A program made the translations under genes and the position numbers. Positions 32,862 through 33,018 of a stretch of 33,018 bases of DNA are shown in pieces. The stretch comes from a virus. Each line of letters opens with the position of its first letter. The stretch's first letter is position 1. The DNA is taken from positions 1 to 33,018 of the IMG/VR virus record IMGVR_UViG_3300044677_000044; one strand, 5' to 3'. Under the pieces are notes generated by a model. That model saw only the letters and a list, made by a program, of their open reading frames with translations, had not been told where the DNA came from and did not search any database.

Positions 32862-33018
32862 TCAGTTCAGCCAGTAGGAGCTGGAGATGTCCACCCACAG
32901 GGGGCCGACGGTCCCGCCGTCCTGCGCGCCGTCCTGCGAGTAGAAGACGAGATCGCCGACGTCGGGGTTGTCCAGGGGACGCACCTCGAACCGGCCGGCG
33001 CCGATGAGCGGGTCTCCG
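32862..33018 (-). CDS. C-terminus of a probable minor tail protein (partial)
   Basis: Translated by hand: ...GDPLIGAGRFEVR...PLWVDISSSYWLN*, with the stop just before the tailspike RBS. Confidence 0.6.
   Translation of the reverse strand, partial: GDPLIGAGRFEVRPLDNPDVGDLVFYSQDGAQDGGTVGPLWVDISSSYWLN

Larger units (their letters stand above)
1..33018. mobile_element. phage-plasmid (plasmid prophage) segment, Streptomyces-like
   Basis: Tail and lysis genes are colinear with rep-parA-parB, parS-like sites and a resolvase with its site. No chromosomal housekeeping genes. Confidence 0.8.

Noticed and set aside
123-33007. Many long + strand and alternate-frame ORFs in the track (e.g. 123-1685, 10033-11337, 19044-20282, 30342-32174, 31190-33007)
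   Set aside because: Arg/Pro/Gly-rich shadows of real genes, expected at this GC content, with no motifs or RBS.
1-33018. CRISPR array
   Set aside because: No regularly spaced repeat-spacer series and no cas genes.

Overview
A high-GC, Streptomyces-type actinobacterial segment that looks like a plasmid-prophage (phage-plasmid). Almost all genes are on the minus strand and many are translationally coupled. Reading right to left, in the direction of transcription: tail and beta-helix tailspike genes; a papain-like protease, a RyR-domain gene and a lysis cassette (GH25 endolysin, holin, collagen-like membrane protein); and a ~12.6 kb accessory block bounded by a 37/39-identical 39-bp inverted repeat. 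That block holds a PP2C-like phosphatase, a tyrosine recombinase with a dif/loxP-like site, a PIN nuclease, a second integrase-fold protein with no catalytic C-terminus, an RHH repressor with operators, C5 and N6A methyltransferases, XF1762 and WhiB. Further left are a HIT gene, a plasmid-type rep gene (LexA box at its 5' end, DnaA box inside), and parA-parB with three palindromic parS-like sites, two of them inside parB. A ~400-nt highly structured non-coding region follows parB and is a candidate large ncRNA. The left end carries early phage-type genes (DUF5131, RusA-like, WhiB, HTH). All calls come from reading motifs by eye; no database searches or folding calculations were run.
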